Positions 1 to 8,522 of a DNA stretch of 45,190 bases are shown in pieces. Source of the stretch: Candidatus Methylomirabilia bacterium (GTDB lineage Bacteria > Methylomirabilota > Methylomirabilia > Rokubacteriales > CSP1-6); contig JBGPZD010000003.1 in assembly GCA_041493605.1 (NCBI GenBank), positions 1 through 45,190 of the forward strand, given 5' to 3'. The notes beneath the pieces are model-generated. The model did no database searches. It was given only the letters and a program-made list of their open reading frames with translations, and had not been told where the DNA came from. The translations under genes were made by a program, and so were the position numbers. The stretch's first letter is position 1. Each line of letters begins with the position of its first letter.

Positions 1-221
1 CCGGCGGGGATGACCTTGAAGGTGGAGAGGAGCACGATGAGCGCCGGGATCGCGATGCCGATCGCGAGGGCCGCGCGCGAGCCCAGGTGCAGGGCCCGCG
101 CGACGCGCTCGGACTGCCCCCGCTGGGGTTGGGCGTCCATCGCCACCGCCATGGATCGCAGTCCCCGCGACGCGGCGAGGCCGACAACGCACAGAATCAA
201 GGCGAAGATCAGCTTGCCCAT
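1..221 (-). CDS. 5' part of a membrane protein, probably SPFH/prohibitin (band 7) family; runs off the window edge
   Basis: Not in the ORF track. Manual translation gives MGKLIFALILCVVGLAASRG...ALAIGIAIPALIVLLSTFKVIPAG, with GGAGG SD before ATG 221. TM helices followed by 'S-x-x-V-I-P-A-G' are typical of SPFH N-termini. Confidence 0.55.
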   Translation of the reverse strand, partial: MGKLIFALILCVVGLAASRGLRSMAVAMDAQPQRGQSERVARALHLGSRAALAIGIAIPALIVLLSTFKVIPA

Positions 222-347
222 GCCGTGTCCTCCTGGTGAGTGCCGGGCTTCATTTCACATCCGCTCCGTTAGACCACTCCCCCCGTCGAGAGTTCCCCGC
301 AGCCGCCGGCGGTGGCCCTGCCCGATCATACGCTATACTGCGAGTCC

Positions 348-2450
348 GTGACCGCGCTCCACGCGCTCTTTCATCCGCGCGCCATCGCCGTCGTCGGCGC
401 CTCCGACGACCCCGTCAAGATCGGGGGACGCCCTCTGGCGTTCCTGCTCCGGCATGGGTACCGCGGCCGCGTCTTCCCGGTGAACCCCTCGCGCCCCACC
501 GTGCAGGGGTTGCCCGCGTTCCCGTCGCTCGCCGCGATTCCGGACGCGGTGGACGTCGCGGTGGTCGTCGTGCCGGCGGAGCGCGTGCTCGAGTCGCTCG
601 AGGCCTGCGCCGCGAAGGGCGTGCAGGTGGCCATCGTCTTCAGCAGCGGCTTCGCCGAGGTCGGCGAGGCGGGACGGCGGGAGCAGTCGGCCATGCGCGA
701 TCTGGCCGCGCGCTCCGGCCTGCGCATCTTGGGACCCAACTGCCAGGGTGTCGCCCACCTGCCCTCGCGGCTCGTGGCCACCTTCGCGTCACCCTTCCTC
801 GACGAGCGGCTCCATGTGGGCCCCATCGCCGTGGTCAGCCAGAGCGGCGCCATGGCGGGGATGGTCTACGAGATGGCCCGCGCCGCCGGGCTCGGCCTCA
901 ACTACTGGGTGAGCACGGGCAACGAGGCGGACCTCCAGGCCGCCGAGATCCTGGCCGAGGTGGTGGAGGATCCGGAGACGCGCGTCGCCCTCTGCTACCT
1001 CGAGGACGTGAAGGACGCCCGGAGGTTTCGGGACGCCCTCGGGCGCGCCCACGGCCGCGGGGTCCCCGTCTTCGTCCTCAAGGCGGGGCGCAGCGCCGTC
1101 GGGCGGCGGGCGGCCTTGTCCCATACGGGCGCGCTCGCGGGGGAGGACGACGTCTACGCGGCCGTGTTCAGGCAGTGGGGCGCCATCCGCTGCGCCGACC
1201 CGGCCGATCTCCTGAAACTGCCGCAGGCCTTTCTCCACTACCGCGAGGCCGGCCCGCGGGTGGCCATCCTCTCCAACTCGGGCGGCCTCGGCGTGCTCTC
1301 GGTGGACCTCTGCGTCGAGGTGGGGCTCACGCCCGCCACGTTCAGCGAGACGACGACCAGGGAATTGAGAGCCGCGCTGCCCGACTTCGCTCCGGCGGCC
1401 AACCCCGTCGACCTCACCGCACAGATCCTGTCCGACCCGGGCATGCTGATGCGCGTGCTGCCGCTCCTCGAGGCCGATCCGGGAGTGGACATGATCGTCT
1501 TCCAGATCGCGCTGTTCGGCGCCGCCACCCCCGCGGACCGCTTCGCCCGCGAGGTCGCCTCGGTGGCGCAGCGGACGCGGAAGGTCGTCGCGGTGAGCTG
1601 TCCCCAGCGTCACGTGGTGGATCTCTTCCGCGGGCTCGGCGTGCTGGCCTTCGACGACGGCACCACCGCGCTGCGCTCTCTGGCCTGCCTGGCCCAGGCC
1701 ACGCGCCAGCGCCCGCGCTGGCTCGGCCGCACGACGGGCGCCGTCCCCGGCCCGCCTCCGGCCAGCCGGGCGCCCGCCGCCCGCGCCTCGGCCGAGGGCT
1801 TTCTCAGCGAGTGGGACAGCCGGGCGCTGCTCGAGCCGTTCGGCCTGCCGCTCGTGGCCGGCGCCCTCGCCAAGGACGGGGAGGAGGCGGCCCGCGCGGC
1901 TGAGCGGCTGGGCTTCCCCGTGGTCGTGAAGGTCTGCTCCCCGGATCTGCCCCACAAGTCCGACGTGGGAGGCGTCGCGCTTGGACTCGAGACGGTCGAC
2001 GCCGTCAGAGACGCCGCCGCGCGCATCCTCTCGACGGTCGGCCAGCGAGCGCCCGGGGCGCGCATCGACGGGCTCATGGTCCAGCGCCAGGGGCAGGGCG
2101 CCCTCGAGCTGGCCCTTGGGGTCAAGCGCGATCCGGTCTTCGGTCCGGTAGTGATGGTGGGCGCCGGCGGCGCGCTCATCGAGGCGCTGAGAGACTTCCA
2201 GCTGCTCCTGCCGCCTGTCGACGCGGCGGCAGCCGAGGAGGCGCTGCGCGCCCTGAGGATCGGGCCGCTCTGGGACGGGGTGCGCGGTCAGGCGCCGCTC
2301 GACCTGCCGGCGGCGGTGGATCTCGTGATGCGGCTGGGCGAGGCGGCCCGCGCCCTCGCCGGGAGCGTGGCCGAGATCGACCTGAACCCGGTGCTCGTCG
2401 GCCGGCGGAGAGAGGGCGCGACGGTGCTCGACGCCCTGGTCAAGCGGTAG
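348..2450 (+). CDS. acetate/acyl-CoA ligase (ADP/NDP-forming), CoA-binding + ATP-grasp fusion
   Basis: Motifs IAVVGAS, GPNCQG, SQSG, STGNEAD, SHTGALAG (phospho-His), HKSDVGGV and EIDLNP. GTG 348 follows TATACT by 8 nt (the track starts at 312). Confidence 0.92.
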   Translation: MTALHALFHPRAIAVVGASDDPVKIGGRPLAFLLRHGYRGRVFPVNPSRPTVQGLPAFPSLAAIPDAVDVAVVVVPAERVLESLEACAAKGVQVAIVFSSGFAEVGEAGRREQSAMRDLAARSGLRILGPNCQGVAHLPSRLVATFASPFLDERLHVGPIAVVSQSGAMAGMVYEMARAAGLGLNYWVSTGNEADLQAAEILAEVVEDPETRVALCYLEDVKDARRFRDALGRAHGRGVPVFVLKAGRSAVGRRAALSHTGALAGEDDVYAAVFRQWGAIRCADPADLLKLPQAFLHYREAGPRVAILSNSGGLGVLSVDLCVEVGLTPATFSETTTRELRAALPDFAPAANPVDLTAQILSDPGMLMRVLPLLEADPGVDMIVFQIALFGAATPADRFAREVASVAQRTRKVVAVSCPQRHVVDLFRGLGVLAFDDGTTALRSLACLAQATRQRPRWLGRTTGAVPGPPPASRAPAARASAEGFLSEWDSRALLEPFGLPLVAGALAKDGEEAARAAERLGFPVVVKVCSPDLPHKSDVGGVALGLETVDAVRDAAARILSTVGQRAPGARIDGLMVQRQGQGALELALGVKRDPVFGPVVMVGAGGALIEALRDFQLLLPPVDAAAAEEALRALRIGPLWDGVRGQAPLDLPAAVDLVMRLGEAARALAGSVAEIDLNPVLVGRRREGATVLDALVKR

Positions 2451-2469
2451 ACCGGCCTAGCGCTCCACC

Positions 2470-3024
2470 TTACCGGGTCACGGGTCTCGCGGTCTTCTTC
2501 TCTGGGTCGAACTCGGAACGTCCCGTGTGGTTGAGGTGCATGCCGTAGGTGTGGAGCGACACGGTGACGCTGTCGGTGGCGTTGACCACGCTGTGGATCG
2601 CGTCGGGCACGAGGGCGAAGACATCGCCGGGGCCGAAGACCATCTGGCCCTGGCGGTGGATCTCGGCGTAGCCCGGGCGCGAGCCGTCGTCGAGCCGCTT
2701 CCAAAAGGTGTTCGACTCGCGGCCTTCCACGCCGACGACCACCGACCAGGTCAGATGGTTGTGGGGGGCGGCGCCCCGGCCCGGAAGCCAGGCGACGGCG
2801 AACACGGCAAGCGTGTGGTCGGGCTCTTCGTGCAAGAGGTGGACGCCGAAGCCCTGCTCGGCGTCGCAGGAAAAGTGACGCTCCTCGAGCCAGGCGTGCC
2901 CGAGCGCGAGCCGCTGGGCCAGTGGGCTCACGCGCGTCATGATCTCCCGATCGTCGCGCGTCGAGGCGCTGATTGCCCTGAGGTCCCTCGCGTAATCGGC
3001 GAGGGTGTAGATCGCGTCGCTCAT
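2470..3024 (-). CDS. cysteine dioxygenase-like (thiol dioxygenase, cupin) protein
   Basis: Motifs WLPGRGAAPHNH, IHSV and SLHTYG form the 3-His cupin signature; AGGA SD. Confidence 0.8.
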   Translation of the reverse strand: MSDAIYTLADYARDLRAISASTRDDREIMTRVSPLAQRLALGHAWLEERHFSCDAEQGFGVHLLHEEPDHTLAVFAVAWLPGRGAAPHNHLTWSVVVGVEGRESNTFWKRLDDGSRPGYAEIHRQGQMVFGPGDVFALVPDAIHSVVNATDSVTVSLHTYGMHLNHTGRSEFDPEKKTARPVTR

Positions 3025-3333
3025 GGCTCGATTCCTCCCGATGGGCCCGAATCTAGCCGATCAAACGCGGGATGACCAGCCCGCCCGACAGGCCCTTGAC
3101 AGAACCCTCACCCAAAGGCTCTACTGGAGGCACGGCGAGACCGCGCGGCTCGTCGCGCGCAGTCAATGGCATCCCCGAGGTCAGGGGGAGGTGAGGATGG
3201 ACACTCCACCGGACTACCAGGCCGCGTCATCGGAGGCAGGACGGCTCCGGTGACGCCTCACACGGCGCAGTAACCAATAATCCGGCGTACGCCGGAACGC
3301 GCAACGGCAGTTGCGCACTCAACCCAGGGCCGC

Positions 3334-3360
3334 GCGGGCGGGAGCCGGGCTCCCGCCCGC
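3334..3360. terminator. perfect 12-bp hairpin, likely terminator for the fabH-like/small-protein transcript
   Basis: GCGGGCGGGAGC-cgg-GCTCCCGCCCGC lies immediately after the stop at 3366 (- strand); there is no clear U-tract. Confidence 0.5.
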
Positions 3361-3365
3361 CCCCT

Positions 3366-3515
3366 TCACATCTTCTTCGCTCCCGCCTCCGAGGTCCTCC
3401 GCTGCTGTTCCGGATCGTTCTTGTGCCAGATCCGCGGCGTGATGAGCACCGCCCCGACGAAGACGGCGATCAAGACCAGCAGGGTGACGAGCTTCGCGAT
3501 CGTGGTGCCGTCCAT
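3366..3515 (-). CDS. small 49-aa single-TM membrane protein
   Basis: Manual translation gives MDGTTIAKLVTLLVLIAVFVGAVLITPRIWHKNDPEQQRRTSEAGAKKM. It has a GAGG SD and GC-rich third positions, and lies 13 nt after the upstream stop. Confidence 0.65.
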   Translation of the reverse strand: MDGTTIAKLVTLLVLIAVFVGAVLITPRIWHKNDPEQQRRTSEAGAKKM

Positions 3516-3528
3516 AGAAACGCCTCGC

Positions 3529-5421
3529 TCAGGATACGGGGTTGATCATCGGGTGATCACGACTGGGGGCGACCACGGCCGGGTCCACCCGCAGCACCGC
3601 ATAGCCGCCCACCGCGCCGGCGCCGAAGGCGGGGGTGAAGACGCGCATGGGCCGGTCGATGACGCCCTCTCCGACGGCGTCGTGGATGGCGATGGGGATG
3701 CTGGCCGATGAGGTGTTGCCCACCCGGCCGATGTTGAAATAGAGGCGTTCGGGCGCCACGCCGGCGGCCTGTGCCATGGCCATCACCATGGTCTTGTTGG
3801 CCTGGTGGGGGACGATGAGCTCGACGGCGTCCAGCAGGGACCCCGACCCGCCGTCCGGCCGCGGCAGCGCCCGCAGCTCGTCGAGCATCTGGGTCAGGTA
3901 GCGCTTCGCCAACGCCTTGACCTCGGGGCCGTACACGGTGATGTTGTTGTCGAAGTCCGGGTTGGGCCAGATGATGGAGTCCACCTCGGACACGGGGCCG
4001 CTGGCATAGGTCTGCAGCACCTCGATGTCGGGCGGGGCGCCCGCGGGCGCGGGCCCGATCACCAGGGCGGCGGCCCCGTCGCCGAAGATCATCCGCGAGG
4101 TCCGCACGGTGCCGATCTTGTCCGAGAACTTCTCTCCGCACACGACCAGCACCGGGCGCTCCACTTCCTGGAGCAGGCGCACCGCCTCCGCGAGCCCATA
4201 GGGCAGGCCCGCACAGGCGGCCACCAAGTCACAGGAGGCGTGGGTCTGGAGCATGCCGAGCTGCGCCGACAGCCAGGTGGCGAGCGACGGCATCATCTTG
4301 ACGCTGGTGCACGAGCAGAAGAGGACGGCGCCGATCTCCTCCGGGCGGCGGCCGGAATGCTCCAGCGCCCGCCGGGCGGCCAGCAACGACATGTGGTCGA
4401 GGTCCAGCTCGGTGTAGAGCCGCTGCTCGATGCCGGTCTTGTCGCGGATCTCCTCGGCCGTCATCGGCGACCAGCAGTAGGCGGCGTTGCGGATCAGGTC
4501 GTCGTTCGTGCACGGCCGCTCGCCCTTGTACACGGCGATGGCCTCGAGCCGTGGCATGACGGTGAAGCGCGCACGCACGTCCAGCGCCGGGAAGGGCCGC
4601 ACCGGCGGCCGCGATTCGACTGGTGCCGGCCGGCGGGGCGACGCCCGGCGCCCGCCCCGGACCCGGCGAATGAACTGCAGCACGTCGTCGTTGCGCGGAC
4701 GGAAGACCACCACGAAATCGTCGTCGTGGAGCTTGCCCACCTCGGTCAGGCGGGTCTTCTCCCGGTCCCACCGGTATTGGTTGTGCAGCACCATGGCCTG
4801 GCGCGTGAGGGCCTCGAGCTCGGGCACCCGGTGGCTGGTCTCGATGATGTCGTCCCAGGTATAGCCGGGGTAGTCGGGGTCGTAGGCCAGGAGGTGATAC
4901 GTCAGGTTTCCGGGATTGGCGAGGATCTCGCCCACCGTGGGCTTGAGGGCCGGCAGCTCGGCGCCCGCGCCCTTCTTGTGACGGAAGACGTCGAGCAGGA
5001 TGCGGAAGAGCTTGTCCTCGGTGCCCTCGTCCCAGGTCGGCGGCAGGGCCCGGTAGCCGGCCTGGATGGCGGCCGTGAGCTCGGCGCCGTCCCAGGGCTT
5101 GAACACCGGCAGGAAGAGATTGTCGCGGTGGCGGGCCACGTCCTTCCACCGGGTCGGCCGCTTCTCGTACATCGTCATGGCGTAGCGGTTGACCCAGAAG
5201 AGATTGAGCGCCAAGTCGCGGAGCACCTCGTAGCGGCCGCGGTAGGCCCGGGATTCCACGCGGGCGACGATGTCGGTCTCCGTCGGGGCCTTCTCCTCGA
5301 AGTCGCGCTTGATGACGGCCGCGAACTGCTCGAGGGTCTCGAAGACCGAGAAGTCGAACTCGGGGAAGAAGTTGGAGGGGAAGACGATTCGACCGTAGCG
5401 GTTGACGACAAATGGCTTCAT
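3529..5421 (-). CDS. 3-oxoacyl-ACP synthase III (FabH-like) with ~290-aa N-terminal extension
   Basis: C-terminal KAS III triad AACAG, PHQAN, GNTSSAS, plus FGDGAAA and KTGIEQR; GGAGG SD. Confidence 0.85.
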   Translation of the reverse strand: MKPFVVNRYGRIVFPSNFFPEFDFSVFETLEQFAAVIKRDFEEKAPTETDIVARVESRAYRGRYEVLRDLALNLFWVNRYAMTMYEKRPTRWKDVARHRDNLFLPVFKPWDGAELTAAIQAGYRALPPTWDEGTEDKLFRILLDVFRHKKGAGAELPALKPTVGEILANPGNLTYHLLAYDPDYPGYTWDDIIETSHRVPELEALTRQAMVLHNQYRWDREKTRLTEVGKLHDDDFVVVFRPRNDDVLQFIRRVRGGRRASPRRPAPVESRPPVRPFPALDVRARFTVMPRLEAIAVYKGERPCTNDDLIRNAAYCWSPMTAEEIRDKTGIEQRLYTELDLDHMSLLAARRALEHSGRRPEEIGAVLFCSCTSVKMMPSLATWLSAQLGMLQTHASCDLVAACAGLPYGLAEAVRLLQEVERPVLVVCGEKFSDKIGTVRTSRMIFGDGAAALVIGPAPAGAPPDIEVLQTYASGPVSEVDSIIWPNPDFDNNITVYGPEVKALAKRYLTQMLDELRALPRPDGGSGSLLDAVELIVPHQANKTMVMAMAQAAGVAPERLYFNIGRVGNTSSASIPIAIHDAVGEGVIDRPMRVFTPAFGAGAVGGYAVLRVDPAVVAPSRDHPMINPVS

Positions 5422-5796
5422 GGCGCCCTCCCATCTAATGCTTCCGGGGGAAGCCTGTCAACGAGTCCTCCTGACGGACGGCTGGGAATCGGGCTCTTTT
5501 CCACCACCGAGCTGACAAAATTGGCTGCCCGGCGGCCCGGGAGACCCAGGAGGGTCTCGCCCGGCCCTCTACGAAAGCGCTTGAATTAACGCCTACTTTG
5601 CCCTATCCCGCCCGAGAACACCGGCCGGGGGGAGGGCAGCCTTTGATGGCACCTGGCTTGCTTAACCTACGGGGCGGCGGGCCGGGGAGCGGCGCCTCGG
5701 TCGGCCCCAAGTGCCAGGCCGTGGAAGCCGCAGCCGACGGTCGGCGAAGTTTTTTGAAGTTGGGGATGGTAAACGGCAGCGTTTCGGGATAGATTC

Positions 5797-6867
5797 TTGC
5801 GGGTGCGTAGCTCCGGTGGCGGAACGGTGACGCGGCGAACGGCGAATCGTCAAGGGGGCGAAACGGTGCGCGAAATTCCTGGTGTGCGGCAGCTGGTTCT
5901 GATGATCGGTGTTTTGGCCCTGGCCCTCAGTGGCTGCAGCACACTGTTGGGGGGCCGCTCCGATTCGGCGCTGCTGACCAGTGGCGCCGCGTCCTCCGGA
6001 GAGTCGACGGCGACATCCCCCGAGCCGACTTCCGCCGCGATCGCGGCGGAGAGCAAGACCGGCACGGGCGCGGCGGTGCGGCCCGGCATGGATGATCTGA
6101 GCGCGGGTCCTGCGACGCTGGCCTTCGCGCCGGTATCCTTCGCGCCGATCAAGCCCGAGGACTCGCCCGTCGTCATGGTGGCCTTCGTCGGGCCGCTCTT
6201 CAGCCAGCGCGGCACCCCGGCGCCGCCCGTGGATCCCACGCTCGAGGAGTACGACCCGTGGGAGCCGTTCAACGAGGCGATGTTCAAGTTCAACAAGAAC
6301 TTCCTCGATGACTACCTCCTCAAGCCGGCCGCGAAGGGCTACAACTACGTGATGCCGGACATGTTCCAGCAGATGATCGACAACGGCTTCAACAACCTCA
6401 AGTTCGTCCCCTTCTTCGTCAACAACCTGCTGCAGGGCCGGCTCCAGGGGGCGGGAACCGAGCTCGGCCGGTTCCTGATCAACAGCACGTTTGGTGTGGG
6501 CGGTCTCTTCGATGTCGCCAAGCAGGAATTCAATCTCCAAAAGACCAAGACTGACTTCGGCCAGACGCTCGGCGTCTGGGGGTCAGGCCCCGGGCCGTAC
6601 CTGATCCTGCCCTTCTTCTCGCCGCTCACGGTGCGCGACGGCATCGGCACGGGCGTGGACGGGGCCATCAACCCGATCGGCTGGTTTATCCCGCTCGTCT
6701 GGGCGGGCCTGGGGATGAAGGTCGGTGATGCGGTCAACGACCGCTCCCTGAACCTGGACCTCTACCAGGGCTTCGAGGAGACGACGGTGGATCTCTATAG
6801 CGCCGTCCGCAACGGCTACCTGCAGCGGCGCATCAAGATCATCGAGGACGCGAAGACCGCCCGCTAG
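5797..6867 (+). CDS. mlaA: MlaA/VacJ family lipoprotein (true start probably downstream, ~5866-5902)
   Basis: Lipobox ALSGC; motifs DPWEPFNEAMFKFN, GRFLINSTFGVGGLFDVA, DFGQTLGVWG, GPYLILPF and YSAVRNGYLQRR. Confidence 0.9.
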   Translation: MRVRSSGGGTVTRRTANRQGGETVREIPGVRQLVLMIGVLALALSGCSTLLGGRSDSALLTSGAASSGESTATSPEPTSAAIAAESKTGTGAAVRPGMDDLSAGPATLAFAPVSFAPIKPEDSPVVMVAFVGPLFSQRGTPAPPVDPTLEEYDPWEPFNEAMFKFNKNFLDDYLLKPAAKGYNYVMPDMFQQMIDNGFNNLKFVPFFVNNLLQGRLQGAGTELGRFLINSTFGVGGLFDVAKQEFNLQKTKTDFGQTLGVWGSGPGPYLILPFFSPLTVRDGIGTGVDGAINPIGWFIPLVWAGLGMKVGDAVNDRSLNLDLYQGFEETTVDLYSAVRNGYLQRRIKIIEDAKTAR

Positions 6868-7747
6868 TCCGCGCGCTGCCGGGGCTCGAGCAGCCCCAGC
6901 ACTCCCGAGCTATCCAGACGGCCGAGCCCGGCTTCCCGGGCTCGGCCGTATAGTTTCCAGGCCTCCCGCCCCACCGCCGGTTCAGCGCCGGCCTGCTCCG
7001 CGAGCTCCAGGCCAAGCCCCAGATCCTTCCACGCCAGATCCACGAAGAACCCGGCCCGGTAGTCGCGGGCGACCAGCGCCGTCAGCTTGCGCTCCAGGAT
7101 GAAGCTCGCCCCCGAGCTCTTGCCGATCACCTCGCCCACGATCTGCCGCGGGATCTCCAGCCGGTCGGCCAGCGCCAGGGCCTCGCACAGCACGGCCTGG
7201 TTGGACAGGGCGACGTAGTTGTTGAGCAGCTTGAGGATGTTCCCCTTCCCCACTTCGCCCAGATAGAAGAGGTTGCGGCCGATGGCGCGGAAGACGCTCT
7301 CGTAGGGCGCCACGGCCTCGGCCGGGGCCCCGATCCCACCGCGAGCGTCCCGGCCCGCGCCCCGGCCACGCTGCCGCTGACGGGGGCATCGATCAGGCCG
7401 ACGCCGTGCGTGCGGCAGCGGGCCGCCAGCGCCCGGGTCGTTTCCGGCCCGACGGTCGAGAGATCGAAGATGACGTCACCCGCCTGGGTGCCGGCCATGA
7501 GGCCCGGGACCCGGTCCCGGCCGAACAGCGCGGCCTCCACCGCACGGTGTTCGGGCAGGCTCAGCAGGGTGACCCTCACGGCCCGGGCCAGCGCGGGCAG
7601 GTCGGGCGCCCGCGTGCCGCCCAGCTGCTCGAGCGGCGCGGTGGCCTCGGGCTTGAGGTCGTAGACGGTGAGCTGGTGGCCGGCCTTCAGGATGTTCTCG
7701 GCCATGGGGCTGCCCATGTTCCCGGTGCCGACGAAGCCGACGTGCAT
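6864..7747 (-). pseudogene. NAD(P)-dependent beta-hydroxyacid dehydrogenase (3-hydroxyisobutyrate/2-hydroxy-3-oxopropionate reductase family) split by a 1-nt frameshift
   Basis: The N-terminal frame (GFVGTGNMG...DAPVSGS..GTLAV) switches near 7337 to the C-terminal frame (IGAPAEAV...KLLNN...KDLGLGL). This could be a sequencing error. Confidence 0.8.
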
Positions 7748-7776
7748 GGCGTCTCCTTCTTGACGGTGGGGGATCT

Positions 7777-8307
7777 CTACGGTGCAGGGCGCCGAGGTGG
7801 TGACCCGAGGCGGCCGAGCGCCCGCGCGGCCGCGCGGGCCTTCTTGCTGAGCCGGCGCGGGTTGCCCTTCTTGGGCCCGCGCGGGAGGTCCGCGTCCTCG
7901 TCCTTGTCGGGCACGCCGGCGGCCGCGGGCGGCGCCGCGCGCGCCCGGGCGATCCGGGCCAGGAAGTCGTCGGTGGTGACCACGATGGCGCCGCCGCGCG
8001 CGGCGGCGGTGCGCACCTCGCGGTCATTGGATACCACGGCCCCGCCCCCAGCCGCGAGCCGAGCGAGCACCCGGTCGGCGCTCTCGCGTGCGCTGGAGAA
8101 AAGAACCCTCACGCCGGATCCGCCCGCGGCCGCGCCGCCGCCGCCCGATCCGTCGAAGACCACGGTGAACTCGTCCCCGCTCGACCGTGCCACGTTCGCG
8201 AGCAGCCGGCGTAGCGCCTGCCGTCCCGCTTCGAGGCTCACTCGCTCCTCCGCGAGAAGCTCCGGGGAGCGCCGGATGACGTTGTAACCGTCCACGAGCC
8301 ACCGCAT
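7777..8307 (-). CDS. NYN/YacP-like PIN-domain ribonuclease
   Basis: Motifs LVDGYNVI, VVFDG, SADRVL and VSNDREV. Confidence 0.85.
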   Translation of the reverse strand: MRWLVDGYNVIRRSPELLAEERVSLEAGRQALRRLLANVARSSGDEFTVVFDGSGGGGAAAGGSGVRVLFSSARESADRVLARLAAGGGAVVSNDREVRTAAARGGAIVVTTDDFLARIARARAAPPAAAGVPDKDEDADLPRGPKKGNPRRLSKKARAAARALGRLGSPPRRPAP

Positions 8308-8358
8308 GACGGCATCATAACGCGGTGCAATGCCCCGAAAATTGTCGGAACCCTCGAC

Positions 8359-8405
8359 CCACTAAATAAAGTTTGACTTTGCCGGACAGGCCCAATATGT
8401 TGTGG
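8359..8405 (+). promoter_or_regulatory. tandem NrdR boxes overlapping the sigma70 promoter of nrdJ
   Basis: ccaCtAaATaAaGttt (8359-74) and gccCaAtATgTtGtgg (8390-8405) match acaCwAtATaTwGtg and start 31 bp apart. Promoter: TTGACT(8373)-17 bp-TATGTT(8396). Confidence 0.75.
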
Positions 8406-8522
8406 CATCGTTTCCCTTCTGCCCACCCGCACGGGGCTGTGGGTGGCTGGGCGGGGCGGCGAGAGACCCGAAGTCGGAGCTCCCTACCGTCAGGTATCGG
8501 CTGTGCGAGCCAGGAGGCAGGC

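Noticed and set aside
3251-3280. Sec read-through of the small ORF's TGA
   Set aside because: There is no Cys-homolog context, and an in-frame TAA follows after 8 codons.
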